DNA of 64,000 nt from Tubulanus polymorphus (taxonomy: Eukaryota > Animalia > Nemertea): assembly GCF_964204645.1 (NCBI RefSeq), contig NC_134034.1, forward strand, positions 8,816,962 to 8,880,961, in the 5' to 3' direction. Position numbers and translations under genes: made by a program. Positions 24,450 through 37,246 of the stretch are shown one piece after another (within the stretch, counting starts at the first letter, position 1; every line of letters begins with the position of its first letter). Below the pieces are notes generated by a model that saw nothing but the letters and a program-made list of their open reading frames with translations, was not told the DNA's origin and searched no databases.

Positions 24450-25510
24450 CAATTGCTATCGGTAGTTTCCATCGTACATAATTTTGCAATTGGTCCAACC
24501 AATGTTGTTTTACCCACTTGTAACTTACCTACACGAACGTGCCCGTCTTTCCCTGGAAAGATCTCTAACACGCGCCCTAAAGGCCATTTACCCCTTGGTG
24601 TATCTGACGATATTACTAAAACGACATCCCCGACTTTAAGTTTTCGTTTAGTATCTGTCTATTTTTTGTGCGAATTCAACTGTGGTAACCATTCTCTCAT
24701 CCATCTTTGCCAAAAATGTTTCATGAGTTCTTGGACACGTCGCCATCTTCTTCGTGGACTGAAATCCGTTTCATCTAAGGTATCTGGCGCGAACTGACCT
24801 CTCATTGAAGAACCATTTCACACCTTGGTTTGCCGTTGTCCGTCTCATCTTTTCTTTGTCTAAAAGTTTCACCAATTCTTTGAGTTCGTTGTTGGCTCCA
24901 ACAAAATTCGTTCCGTTGTCTGAGTTCATCTCTATTGGCAGCCCTCGTCGATTAACCATTCGGTAGACTGCATTCAAAAATGCATCCGTGTCCAAACCGA
25001 ATGCGAGTTCTAAATGGACTGCTCTGCTTGACAAACATGTGATAAGACACAAGTAACGCTTTTCTCTGCTCTTTCCGCGACCCTGTTTCGTGATGAATGG
25101 TCTACCAAAATCCACTGCCGTTCTTGCGAATGCGCGTATAGGCATCTTTACCCTATGTCGTGGCAACGGTGCCATGACCTGTGTTGCAGCCTTAGCTCTT
25201 CGTTTCTTACATTTGCAGCATTCATGTTCAACATCTCGAATCACTTCTCTGGCGCTGATCACCCAGTATCGCGAGGATAAACTTGCCAACACTTGTTTTG
25301 TACCACCAACATGATGGTATTTATCGAGGTGGTGTCTTACTATCAATTTTGCTACGTGGTGATGCCTTGGTAATATGATCGGATTCTTCACATCGTTATC
25401 TTCCTTCGCATCTTATCAAACCTTCTTCGTCTAATCTTGGCTTTAAACTGAGGAGTTTGTTGTTTGATTGTAAACTCTTTCCTTTAACCAACAATGAGTA
25501 TTCTTCTTAG
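24450..25510 (-). pseudogene. BEL/Pao integrase (HHCC + DDE + DUF5641), frameshifted and deleted
   Basis: [40 protein letters not shown] motifs. Confidence 0.9.
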
Positions 25511-25514
25511 AATC

Positions 25515-26659
25515 CGGTGTTGTCATATCGGGGAAAGACGGAATCGCGGAATTATCCAAAAACGCGGAATTTCTTCATTTTTACTATAAATAGTAAACGG
25601 GTTTTCCCACGGGGATACCCACTGTCGGACAGGGATCCGGACCCAGGTTTTCAACACCGGGAATTAGTATTTGATTATTTATTATATCGCCAGTCAACAA
25701 CTTAACGATACTGTTCCAAATAATGGAGAACCTAGGAAATACGTGCTTTGCTAATTCAGTGATACAGAGTATCGCTGCATTAACTGAAGGAATACAAATC
25801 GATGGTACGTAAACGTAGGATTTGTAATGACACCATGGGTCATTCTCCAGGACTCAGTTCCGAGTTAAGATTTGACTCTGGTCTCTGGGTTTAAAACATT
25901 GGAAATGAATTGATACTAAGTAACTCAGAGTTAACTCACAACTGTGGAACTGGATCGATGTCAGACGAAAATAAATAGACATTATGTATATTTCATTCTG
26001 GCTTAGGATTGTTCATGCGTGTTGTGTGTCTACATTGTTGTTATAAGCGAATGTGGTTTATCTTTTAGAATTAAATGAAATGAAAGATTATAAAATGGTT
26101 TCGTTTTTTTTAATGTTTACTTTGTGACTGCTATATCATATATGTTCCTATGCTGATTATTTGGATCAAAAGAATCTTATTGGTACCGGTACTGGACGGC
26201 CGTAAAATTATAATAATTTCAAAGGAATTTGAACCGGTACTTGTTTGGTCGTAGGATTTCATGTTTGCAACCATCTACAACTACGGTCCGACACCGCGAA
26301 CGTGCTCAAAATTCATTTGATAATATTCGTTTCTGAAGTTCTCAAAAAGTCGATGAACTTCGATAACCGAAGTTTGCCTAGTAGAAATAGACATAAGGTG
26401 CCTGGTCTCTTTCACCCCACTTGATGCTGACTTCTACAGGTGGCAGCCAGTCAACGGTATCGTAATATAATAATTCCATATAAAATTGCCTGCAAATAAT
26501 GGGATTCGAACCTAACTCGTTGCATCGATCGGTCCCGTGCCCTATCCGACAGTGGGTATCCCCGTGGGGAAACCCGTTTACTATTTAAAGTAAAAATGAA
26601 GAAATTCCGCGTTTTTTGAAAATTCCGCGATTCCGTCTTTCCGCGATATGATAACACCG
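25515..26659. mobile_element. Non-autonomous TIR element (~129-bp TIRs, CGGTG ends; hAT-like)
   Basis: TIRs 25515-25643 and 26531-26659; no matching TSD. Confidence 0.85.
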
Positions 26660-26685
26660 TTCAACGTTGTGCCGAATCCGTGTTA

Positions 26686-27129
26686 GGGAGCGTTCATAAA
26701 TTACATATCTCCATTAGGGGAGAGGGGGTTACTGAATTTCGGTAGAAAGTGGTACATGGGGGGAGGGGGGGCTCAGCAAAAAAGGTACGTACTTTGAGGG
26801 AGGGGGTATTAATCAATCTTGGTACGTACTTTATGTACCAAACTCAAATGAAAATAGCCGTTGGTGTTTTATCGGCTTTTAGTACCTGGTATATAAAATC
26901 AATAAACAACAATACTTGCTTAATTCTTTTGTTACATCATTAATGAAATCAGGTATTTATATTTTTTTTAATTTCTGTTCTTTGCATCAATATAATTTGG
27001 GGGGGTGGTCATGGGTGCGATGGTACGTACCTAAGAGGGGGTCAGTGAATTTGGTACAAAGGTGGTACAAGGGGGGAGGGGGGTCAGAAAAACGGGAGAT
27101 TTTGAGGTACGTAATTTGTGAACGCTCCC
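26686..27129. mobile_element. PIF/Harbinger-like MITE inserted in BEL gag
   Basis: TIR GGGAGCGTTCA(T/C)AAATTAC; TTA TSD both sides; removal restores KAAVTRIRHNVE. Confidence 0.9.
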
Positions 27130-27885
27130 TTACGGCTGCCTTTCCTCTTGATTTCTTCTGCTTCAGAAGTTCGATCTCTAGTAGTAAAGTTTCGCTCACT
27201 TCACTTGTTTCCGCTACTGTATTTTCTTGACTTGACATCTTTTTCTTCTTTGTCTTCTGTACTTCGGTTCAAGTACGCTCTGCTACCAGTTTCTTATGGC
27301 TATGCGACAAACCAACCACAAGAAGATTTCTGTGTTCTGCTTAAAATCTGCTGTACTGCTTTATTACTGCTTCCGTTATGTATAAATTTACTACTTGAAT
27401 TGTTCTAATACTAAATTCTTATCATTTTATCTTAATACGTAAAACTTTCATTGATTAAACTAATGACATTTTAATGCCTGCGCTACACTTTATCTAGACT
27501 TTCTGACGAATTCACATGATGCTGAATATTTAATATAATATTGTAAATAGGTTTTTAAGATAATAAATACACTTGTTCGCTTCTCAACAGAAGAGTTGCA
27601 TCCATAATACTATTACTTAACTGTTGATATCAATGATATTAATTCCAAAAGGTGCATTTAATATCATAATTATAATTCAATTGAAATGAATGAAGTTAAT
27701 GATTCCAACTATAAGTTAATAATTTCAAATATCATAATAAATTCAAAATGTCAGAACTGCGATCATGACAGCAGGTCTATTAAATTCATAATTGACAATT
27801 GTAACCACTTAAGGGTTCTTGTCGTCAAGAACCCTAATGTCTCGAAGAACTCCAATCAGCATTCCATATTGCTGAAGAACCTTTA

Positions 27886-28430
27886 CCCTTTCAGTGCTGG
27901 GTATTTTTCCCCTAAAGTGCTGAGCATAAATTGGGCTATTTTGGGTCTTTTTAAATATGCCCTAATAAAATACTTAAGAATAGCCTAATCCAAAAACTGT
28001 TGGTGTATCCTACTAGGGGACATGGGGCTCAGTAGCAATGGCGAAAAAAGCTGCGGTTGCTATGACAACGAGATGTCACATGACCTGACGGCCATCTTGA
28101 ATTCAAAAATTGGACCATTTCTGTTAAGAAAACTAACCCTAGCTACTCAAATCTTCAGAATATGAGTCTTTTGAGGATGGATGTTCACACTGCCACATAA
28201 ATTCTATAGTTTCATCAATTTTCAAAAGATTTCAACATAATTTGAAGTTTTGATGATGATTTTAGTAAAACTTGGCGCTTGTCCAGGAATTTCAAAAATC
28301 TAGATTTTCTCTCCCTGCATTGATAGTCCTAAGCATTGAGATAAAAATAGCTGCTTTTTATGATAAATGATGTACACATATCATGGAAAAATACTGAAAC
28401 ATCGTCCATGGCGCATGGGATTTTTGATTT
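27886..28430 (-). mobile_element. Probable 3' terminal segment of the piggyBac whose transposase lies at 60.7-62.2 kb
   Basis: TTTA|CCCTTTCAGTGCTGG resembles a TTAA|CCC piggyBac end and abuts the TA site of the TIR element; the partner TIR was not found. Confidence 0.4.
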
Positions 28431-29796
28431 ATATATATATGAAAGGCTGAATCCAAGAACATGTCTATCGCACTTTTGAGCCCAAACGTCTACTTTTTCT
28501 TAGTAGCCACTTGAGAACAATAAGCAATTAACTATATCGGCTACTTTTCCAGTAGTATACATTTCAAAACAGTCACTCTGAAATAGTATTCCTTTCAATT
28601 CGGTTGGTTTTCTATAGTGGCTGTCTCGAAGAGACAGCCACTATAGAAAACCAACCGAATCAAAACCAAGTCAACTATTGAAAGGTGACCATCTTGAAAA
28701 GGCATGGTTATTTCCTGTTCAAAATAGCAGCATCTGCTAAAGATTTGCAGTGATACGTGATAGGTTCAAAGGTACTGTTAAACCCTATATGCTTTGTATA
28801 CAGAAATCTGTATGCTTTGAATACAGTTCTGTGAATAGAAAATCAAAGTTTTTGAGATGCTAAGAATCCCCTAAATTATATTACGCTCAACAAAATTGAA
28901 AACTATTGATTCATGTAACATCATCATGGGTTAAATCCATTTATACTAAAATATAGTGCCAGTAATAGAATTTTTTGAATTTTAAGATTTTTGTTTTACA
29001 TTTGCGATTATAAAACATTCTGGTGCGTTCAAAAATCTTTGATTTTGTAGAAAAGGAAGACAAAAAATAAATTTGTCTTTTAGGCTTAATTTGTTTTTAA
29101 AGGTATATGAGAGAGGAATATACAAATAAAATCATATTTTCAAAAAAATGAATTACGAAAAAAAAATGTATCTAAAATAATTAGAATTAACCTCGAATTT
29201 ATGGTTTATTTCGATACAAACGATTTTTAAGTAATCCATGTGATGTTCACTCTGTCACGCTGTTCTCTGCTTCTTCGTTAATGAATATTGAATCGTTTTA
29301 TCGCTCGCTAGAAATGATACCATAATCAAAATCTTATTTCGTAGTTATACAGTTTGGTTGAAATGAAATTACCAACTTAACTTATTGAAGTCAGTAATTT
29401 CATTTGATAGAGAAAACTTCTTTTGGCTTAAGATGTGAAAGAAATGCAATAGGCTGTAATTCTAGTTTCACATACTTTCCTACTTTGTTAAGTAAATTGT
29501 TTATATAGGTTATCAAAACCCAGCAGCAGCTCTGGTCAGCAGGTCAATTACACTGGCTAACGGACAGTGATTGATGAACGAATGAACAAACTGCACTGAC
29601 CACCAAAAGACCACAAACCAAAAGTAATTACCACTTAATATTAAGATTACTTATTATTAACTTAGCACCGCAATATCTCTACGAAACTTTATTTCAAGGT
29701 CACGATTGGTAGAACACTATATCCGTGTTGACGCGATGAGAAGAGAATCCCACAATGATAATAAAAAGTCCGAAAATGAAACTTCGAGATAGTAGT

Positions 29797-29843
29797 TTAT
29801 TTCAACGTTTCGACTATATCCTAATAGTCATCTTTAGGAATAA
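29797..29843 (-). ncRNA. Degenerate minimal hammerhead ribozyme of the Penelope-like 3' end
   Basis: CTAAAGA-T-GACTAT(TAGGAT)ATAGTC-GAAACGTT; one core mismatch to CUGANGA. Confidence 0.6.
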
Positions 29844-30223
29844 TGAGATACTACAGAAATTATGAGATATAAGTAATAGGGGTAATAGGCTTTCAAGCCA
29901 AAGGTCGAACGGGCGGGTGAGTAAAAAATAAAAAACATGAAAATAATTACAATTTCTACTTGAATTAGGAGTGAAATTCGCGAGTACCCCTATTACTCTT
30001 AAAATAATCATATACATGAATAACATTTAAATTGACAGATTATTCAATATAAAAGTGTAAGCTCTAATAGAATAGATATATAGATATATTTACAACATTA
30101 TTTTATTATTTATATTTGTATGAGTTAGATTTTTAAACATTAAAAGTGTTAGTAAAGTGTGATTGAAATAATACATGATATAAATCATTGAACTAAAATA
30201 AATTAAACAATAAAAGACCATAC

Positions 30224-33168
30224 ATGGAAGATGTGAGAAATTATATTAATTCATTAGATAATAAAAAAGATATAGAGATAACCGAAGCATTTAAAAGTGA
30301 TATTGGTCCAGCAGCTAACGAGTTTAAATTTCATAAAGGAAAAACATTAGAAGAAAATAAAAAACATTTAGAAAATATGAAAGAAATAATAAAAATAATT
30401 ACAGATGTTGAATATCCTAAAATAAGTATATCAGTTAAAGTAAAGTTTATAAAATCTGAAGATAAACCAATATATAATATAAATTCTCATTCACAACATA
30501 TTATATCTAAACAACATATAGATGATAAATTAGATAAATGTTATGAAGTAAAAACTAAAATAGAAGAGAAATATTTTGAAGGATCTGGTTTAATATTTGA
30601 TGAAATAATATTTATGACTTTACATGTTTATAACACAAAATATAATAAGTTAACTAAATCAAAACCAATTGATGAAAATAATGTATCATATTATAAAGAA
30701 CCAGATATTGAAGCATCGAGTTATATTAAACTACCATTTAAAACTAATGCTGTAATAAATGTACAAAATGAAGATGATAAATGTTTTCTATGGGCTATGA
30801 TAAGTTGTTTACACCCAGTTGAAGATTATAAACAACATAGTTTTAGATTAACTCATTATAAACAATTTGAAAATAATTATAAGATAGATAAGTATCCTGT
30901 TATAATTAAAAACATCCCAAAAATAGAAAGAGATAATAATATAAAGATAAATGTATTTGATTTAATCAAATTACCAAATACAAAAGGTAACAATATAAAA
31001 CATTATACATTAGAACCTTTATATCTATCAAAAGATTATGATTCAAACGATGTTATAGATATACTATATTATGAGAATCATTATATGTGGATTAAACAAA
31101 TAGATTTATTCTTTAGAACAGAAAGTGATCATCATAATAAAATATATCTATGTAGAAAATGTTTACATAGATTCAGTAATGAAAGTACATTATTGAATCA
31201 TAAACAATTATGTGAAAATCATGATTGTTGTAAATTAGTTTTACCAAATGAAAAAGATAAAATATTAGAATTCAAAAAATATGATTACAAAAATAAAGTA
31301 CCATTTGTAATATATGGAGATTTTGAATCATTAAATAAAGAACTAACTGATCAAGATAGAAAAGAAATATATTATAAGAGAAAGAAATTAAATTCTAATG
31401 AAAATGATTTTTCAGATGAACCACCAAAAACAAATACTATTAAAAAGATTCATCAATCAGCTGCAGCTTTCGGGTTATATATTAAATCTGATTATCCAGA
31501 ACTAATTGAAAGTGAATATTATGATTATAGAAATGAAAATGTTATCAATCATTTTTGTGACTTATTAATTGAATATGAAATAAGATTTAGTAAATTATTG
31601 AATACAAATATAGAAATTATAATGACAGAAGAAGATAAAGAAGAATTTGCGTTTGCAGATAAATGTTATTATTGTGAAAAGATATTATTATTAACCGATA
31701 TATTCGAAAGGTTTAGAGATGTAAACCTAAAATATTTCAATATTGATCCTTGTCATTGTTATTCTAGTCCAGGTTTAACATGGGATTGTGGATTAAAATT
31801 TACAGATATAAAAATGGATTTGTTAACAAATATAGATCAATTACTATTATTTGAAAAATCTATAAGAGGAGGTGTTTCAGGTGTATTAGGTGATAGATAT
31901 TTCAATGTAAATGATAACCCTGGATATAAGTTATTATATATAGATGCAAATAATTTGTATGGTTGGGCAATGATGGAACCACAACCTCATGGAGTATTTA
32001 AAATAAGTGAAGTTTTACAGAATGAAAATAATGATAAATTTGATTGGAAGAAAAGAATTCTTGATATTGCAGATGATTCAGATACTGGTTACTTTTTTGT
32101 TGTAGATTTAGAATATCCTGAACATATTAAATTTAAATCTAGAAATCTAGCTTACTGTCCCGAACATAAAACTGTAACTCATGAAGAATTATCAAATTAT
32201 CAAAAAAGAATTAAACCTGAAAATCATATTCATACAGAAAAGTTAATGGTAACTCAAGAAGATAAATATAATTATGTAGTACATTATAGAATGTTAAAGT
32301 TTTATCTAAAACAAGGAATGATCCTAAAAAAAGTACATAGATATATTTCATTTAGTCAATCTAAGTGGTTAGAAAAATATATAGATATTAACACCAAACA
32401 GAGAACTGAAGCTAAAACTGATTTCGAAATAAGACTTGTGAAAATATTAGAAATAGAAATGATATTGAGTTAGTAAGTAATGGTAAAAGAATTAGACATT
32501 TACAATCATATCCTAAGTTCATTGGTAACAGAATATTTGATGAAAATTTAGCTGCAGTTAAAATGAGAAGAACATCAATGAAATTTAATAAACCAATCTA
32601 TGTTGGTGCTTCAGTTTTAGAAATATCAAAGCTATTGATGTATGAATTCTATTATAATGTATTACGACCACTTTTTGGAGAAAAACATATAGAAATATTA
32701 TATTGTGATACCGACAGTTACATATTAAAGATAAAAACTGATAACATAACTGATGATTTAAAAACATTAAAACATCATTTTGATTTCAGTAATTATCCTA
32801 AAGATCATGAATTGTTTAGCAATGATAATAAAAAAGTTCCCGGTAAATTCAAAGATGAATTAGGTGGTGAAGAAATGATAGAGTTCATAGGTATTAGATC
32901 TAAAATGTATTCATATAAAACTAAAGAACATGAAGCTAAAAAGTTAAAAGGAATAACCAAAAGTGTAGTAGAAAAGAATATTCATTTCAAAGATTACATC
33001 AATTGTATATTCAATGAAGAAGTTAGGAAACATAAGATGAGATGTTTAAGATATGAAGATCGTGAAATGTTTATTGAAGAAATTGAAAAGATAAGTCTAT
33101 ACCCATTTGATGATAAAAGATATATTTTAGATGATGGAATTCATACAGTTGCTTATGGTTGTAATTGA
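30224..33168 (+). pseudogene. polB: Protein-primed family B DNA polymerase, inactivated
   Basis: EGSG, NEDDKCFLWA, IYGDFES (ExoI), SIRGG, YIDANNLYGWAM (A), KPIYVG, YCDTDS (C); ExoII region and motif B missing; frameshift near 32430. Confidence 0.95.
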
Positions 33169-33269
33169 GATGAATACTTAAAATTTAAAAGAGAAGAAAC
33201 AAAAGAGAACGAGATAATGAAAAGAATTCTAACGTGTTAATCAAATTTTAATAAAAATATGTATTATAA

Positions 33270-33619
33270 ATGGAGAGTAAACACACAGTGAGAACAACAA
33301 ATCATTTCTAGATAGAATAAAAGATACTTCAAATGTCAAATCAGTAGATTATAAATTTAAGAAGTTAAAAGAATTAATAATCCATAAGAAATATCTAATT
33401 ACAAATATTGATACAGTTACTAACAAATATGGAGATAAATTAGTTATACACTTAGAATATAAAGGATTAAAAGGAAATACATATAAATTCAGAACATATT
33501 TACCAGATAGATTTCATAGATTATCAAGTGATGATTTAGAAGAATTATGTTCTGGAGATTTCTATTTCGTATACAAAGGTAAGAATGAGAAAGGACATCA
33601 TGAAATAGATTTCGAATAA
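33270..33619 (+). pseudogene. Small Polinton protein (possibly OB-fold ssDNA-binding), frameshifted near the start
   Basis: FKKLKEL..KKYLIT..NKYGDKLVIHL..TYLPDRF; second copy at 21440-21706. The fold assignment is a guess. Confidence 0.55.
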
Positions 33620-33636
33620 GAAAATATGTAAAATAA

Positions 33637-34397
33637 ATGGTAGAATTAAAAGAATACAGAATATTTGTTGATTCAAGAAGGCTTACAAATTATAAATCAC
33701 ATAATTTACTAGTACAATTAGATAGAGAATTCAAGAATTGTGTAGATTTAAAATTAGTAATATAAGTTTATGTAATTCTTTTTATAATATAACGAATAAA
33801 ACTATTGAACATAGAGCCTTTTTAATTTTTGATAAAGGTAAAAATGAATGGTCCTATATATATTTAAAACCGGGGTTATATTATTTAGATACATTAGCAC
33901 AAGAAATTAATAGAAAAGCCTGGCACAAATAAGGTAGTAGTTCTGGGTTTAGTATTAGATTTTTTAAAAGTGATAGTTCTGATAGAATAAAGATAAGGTT
34001 GTCTAATAGTGAAAAACATAAATTTATGGTAAAAAAACCTATAGCTAAACTGTTAGGAATTCTTCCAGATAGATCTTTTAAAGATATTGATGATGTTACA
34101 CCAAACTTAATACCTTACACACACTTTTATATTTATTACAATTTAATCGATCCTACAAAAACATTCGAAGCAACTAAAGATATAACTTGTAATTCTGGTT
34201 TACTAAACATTTTACCATTGAAGAATGTTAAAGAATTTGGAACGCAAATAAATTATAATTTAACAGAATGTGATTTCAAACCATGCATACCTCGTTTTAA
34301 TAATTTTAGATTAGAAATTAGAAATCACAATGGATATTTAATAGATTTGAATAACTTTCCTGTAATTTATGAATTAGTTATAAGATGTAGAGAGTAA
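33637..34397 (+). pseudogene. Minor capsid (penton-like) protein, disrupted
   Basis: N-terminal IFVDS..SHNLLVQL and C-terminal LLNILP..FRLEIRNHNGYLIDLNNFPVIYELVI pattern of Polinton pentons. Confidence 0.7.
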
Positions 34398-34414
34398 TTT
34401 TTTTCACTATATAA

Positions 34415-34759
34415 ATGAATATAACTGTTGGACCGAGTATATGTTTTGGTTTTGATTTTAAACATGGTAAAGAAATGAGAATTAAACTAAATGATGTAAT
34501 TACTGATATAAAAAGTAAATCATTTAACAATGCATCAATGATTAATAAAGAAAATTATAATATAGAAAAAGTAATTGATTTAATTAAATCACCTTTAGAA
34601 TATTATGAATTAAATGAAGATGGAATTATTGATGATATTAAAAACATATTAACCAAAATATATGATAATCATAAAAGTAGTAATGAAATAAATGTTGAAT
34701 TAATCATAAATAAGTTAACTAAATATTTTGATGATAGTAATGTTTTGATAAATAAATGA
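34415..34759 (+). CDS. Polinton hypothetical protein
   Basis: 114-aa ORF with T-tract + TATAAATG start. Confidence 0.6.
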   Translation: MNITVGPSICFGFDFKHGKEMRIKLNDVITDIKSKSFNNASMINKENYNIEKVIDLIKSPLEYYELNEDGIIDDIKNILTKIYDNHKSSNEINVELIINKLTKYFDDSNVLINK

Positions 34760-34977
34760 GTGATAATAAGTGGATAATAACTGGATTATATAATGGAGCA
34801 TTACTATCAGTTGGAACTGTTGGTTATTCAATGGTATTAAAAAAAGTATTCAAAATGGGAAGTGTTAATGTTGATAGATTTGATATAAATGATATTTTAA
34901 AATTAACGTTAGCAGTTACTTTATCTAATTTAACTATTGATTATTTGGAAAAACAAAAACATATTCCTCCCATATAA
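34756..34977 (+). CDS. Small hydrophobic Polinton protein
   Basis: 73 aa, two hydrophobic segments, TAAATG start. Confidence 0.65.
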   Translation: MSDNKWIITGLYNGALLSVGTVGYSMVLKKVFKMGSVNVDRFDINDILKLTLAVTLSNLTIDYLEKQKHIPPI

Positions 34978-35001
34978 ATGCATATTTATTTTACTAAATA
35001 A

Positions 35002-35433
35002 ATGGCTTCTGCAGTTATAACTATTATAGGATCGGCAATTGTTAACGCTTTAGCATTTACTGGTGGTGGTTATTTATTTAAGCATATTGATAAAAATGGA
35101 TCATTAACAGAACAAAAAAGACATAACTTAGCATTTAGCATTAGAAAAATACAATAAAGCAGCGGAAGAATATAGAGAAAAAAGAGGCAAAACTATATGG
35201 ATTACATCAATAAAGAATTATATGATCAGAAGATTTCACATAGAGATTTTCAATCAGTTGATGATGCAATGAGTTTATATAACGCAGTAAGCAATAAAGA
35301 AAAATTACATCTACATAAACCTACAATATCAGATTATTATACCCCAAGTAATGAACAGAAGAAATATGAAATAATATGGATTTTAGGTGGAACAGTTATT
35401 GTTATATTTGTGGCGTATAAGTTTACTAATTAG
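35002..35433 (+). pseudogene. Polinton membrane-type protein (VNALAFTG...KRHNLA), frameshifted by a 7-bp duplication
   Basis: MASAVITIIGSAIVNALAFTGGGYLF; TTAGCATTTAGCATTAG at ~35128; C-terminal hydrophobic helix. Confidence 0.7.
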
Positions 35434-35454
35434 TAATTTTTTTTTGCTAAATAA

Positions 35455-35889
35455 ATGGAAGATAAAGTTGATAATATTGATATTATTCCTCATGATATAA
35501 ATAAAACTAAATTAAAAATATATTTAGAAAAACAAATATTAGAATTTGAAAGTGACTTAAAAGTTAAAAAGAAAAAATATTTAAAAAGTAAAATTATATA
35601 TTATTTGATTATAAGTGGTTCGGTTACAATGAGTTCTGTAATAACATTTCTAGCAATATTCAGTCCATTAACACCTTTAGCTATATCAATTGGTGTATTA
35701 GGATTATCATCAAGTGTTTTAACCGGTATAAGTTCAAAATAAAATATAAAAAGTAATAAAGAAAAAATTAAAACTAATATAAAAGAAATTAATAAATTAA
35801 AGAATACATTAGATTATATAATAAGTTTAAATGGTCATATAACAGTTGAAGAAAAAGATAAATTATCAAAAGAATTAGTTAATTATTAA
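35455..35889 (+). pseudogene. Two-TM Polinton protein with premature stop at 35740
   Basis: Frame continues past the TAA to 35889. Confidence 0.6.
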
Positions 35890-35905
35890 TTTTTTAGTTA
35901 TATAA

Positions 35906-37225
35906 ATGGCAGACAGTTTTCCAAAAGCTTTCCAATATAATAAATCAATTAAATATAATATTCCAGCAATAGATTTTAATAAAGATATTACATACAGAAA
36001 TGAAGTTTTAGATTCATTAATTGATTGATATATTTATGCTACTGAAAGTAATAATTTTCATGTAAAGATGGAAAATATATTTCATGTGTATACAATTAAT
36101 TTCAAAAATTTAAATGAGGCAAAACAATGGTTATTAAAATCTAATATGAAGTATTGGCAGAACCAATTAAATTTTGCTGTTTATTGCGCAACAACAGGAT
36201 GTGGTATTAGTTGGAATGGTCATTTAAACAAACCAAGTTTACCATTGATGTTATCACTTTTTAGATTTCATACTTATTTTCAAATAAAATTAATATTAGA
36301 TGAATTAGAATGTCCTTTACCAGGTTCAAAATATTTTAAAGAATTGAATAATAATATTAATTTTTCTAAGTTTTATAAAATATGTAATGAATTTAATATT
36401 AATTCAAATAAAGATTTTAGAGCAGAAATTGGAACAATGGGTGGATTAGGAATATTATATACTAAAGTATTTGGAAAAATAATGACAAATTCAGATATAA
36501 GAACACTAAATTGGAATGAATTACCAAAATATTATAATAATATACAACAACAAAACAATAATGGTTGGGTTAATTTCATTTTAGAAAATAATGAAGGTTT
36601 TACAAAAGCTGGAATACAAAGAATAAATCAATCTATTAGAACTTATTTGATATGTATTTTAGGCGCGCAAGTTGAAACAAGATCCCCAATAGTTGGAAAT
36701 GATAACACTTCATTCGATGCGCAGAAACAATTCAAAGTATTATTTGAAGATTCAATTCACAATGATAAAAATAGATCGATTCCAGAAAACATTGTAAGAT
36801 ATCAAAATTATTTAGATAAATCACATATTAGATTAAATTATTGTATAGGCCCTAATCTATTTATTATTTCTAATGATTTAGTATTAAAGATGGGAAATAT
36901 AATTGGTTACAATAATCTAATTAAAACTGCAACAATAAATAATTCATTTGGATTGAATGATATAAATAAAAAGATAATTACTGCTCCAAAATTAATGGAA
37001 GGCGAAAAAAATAAAAACATATTCAATCAACAGAAACTAAAACTGAGAATATTAAATTAGATAATGATTCTAAAATAAAAGATTACAATACATCAGAAAA
37101 TATAAAAACTGATATTATTCAACATGATATAATTAAACTAAATGATGATAATAAATCCCATGAAAATGCTAAATTAGCTTTAACTTGTATAGGAATTGTA
37201 ATCGGAGGAATATTATATTTTAAAT
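35906..37225 (+). pseudogene. Polinton protein with a WQNQLNFAVYCATTGCGIS motif, disrupted
   Basis: TATAAATG start at 35906, in-frame stop before ORF 36068-37060, frameshifted hydrophobic tail. Confidence 0.65.
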
Positions 37226-37246
37226 TTTAATTTTTTTATTATATAA

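Larger units (their letters stand above)
24081..27589 (-). mobile_element. Internally deleted BEL/Pao LTR retrotransposon
   Basis: Direct-repeat LTRs 27401-27589 (TG...CA) and 24081-24261 (truncated); PPT AGGGGAGAT; gag start at 27238; integrase remnant. Confidence 0.9.
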
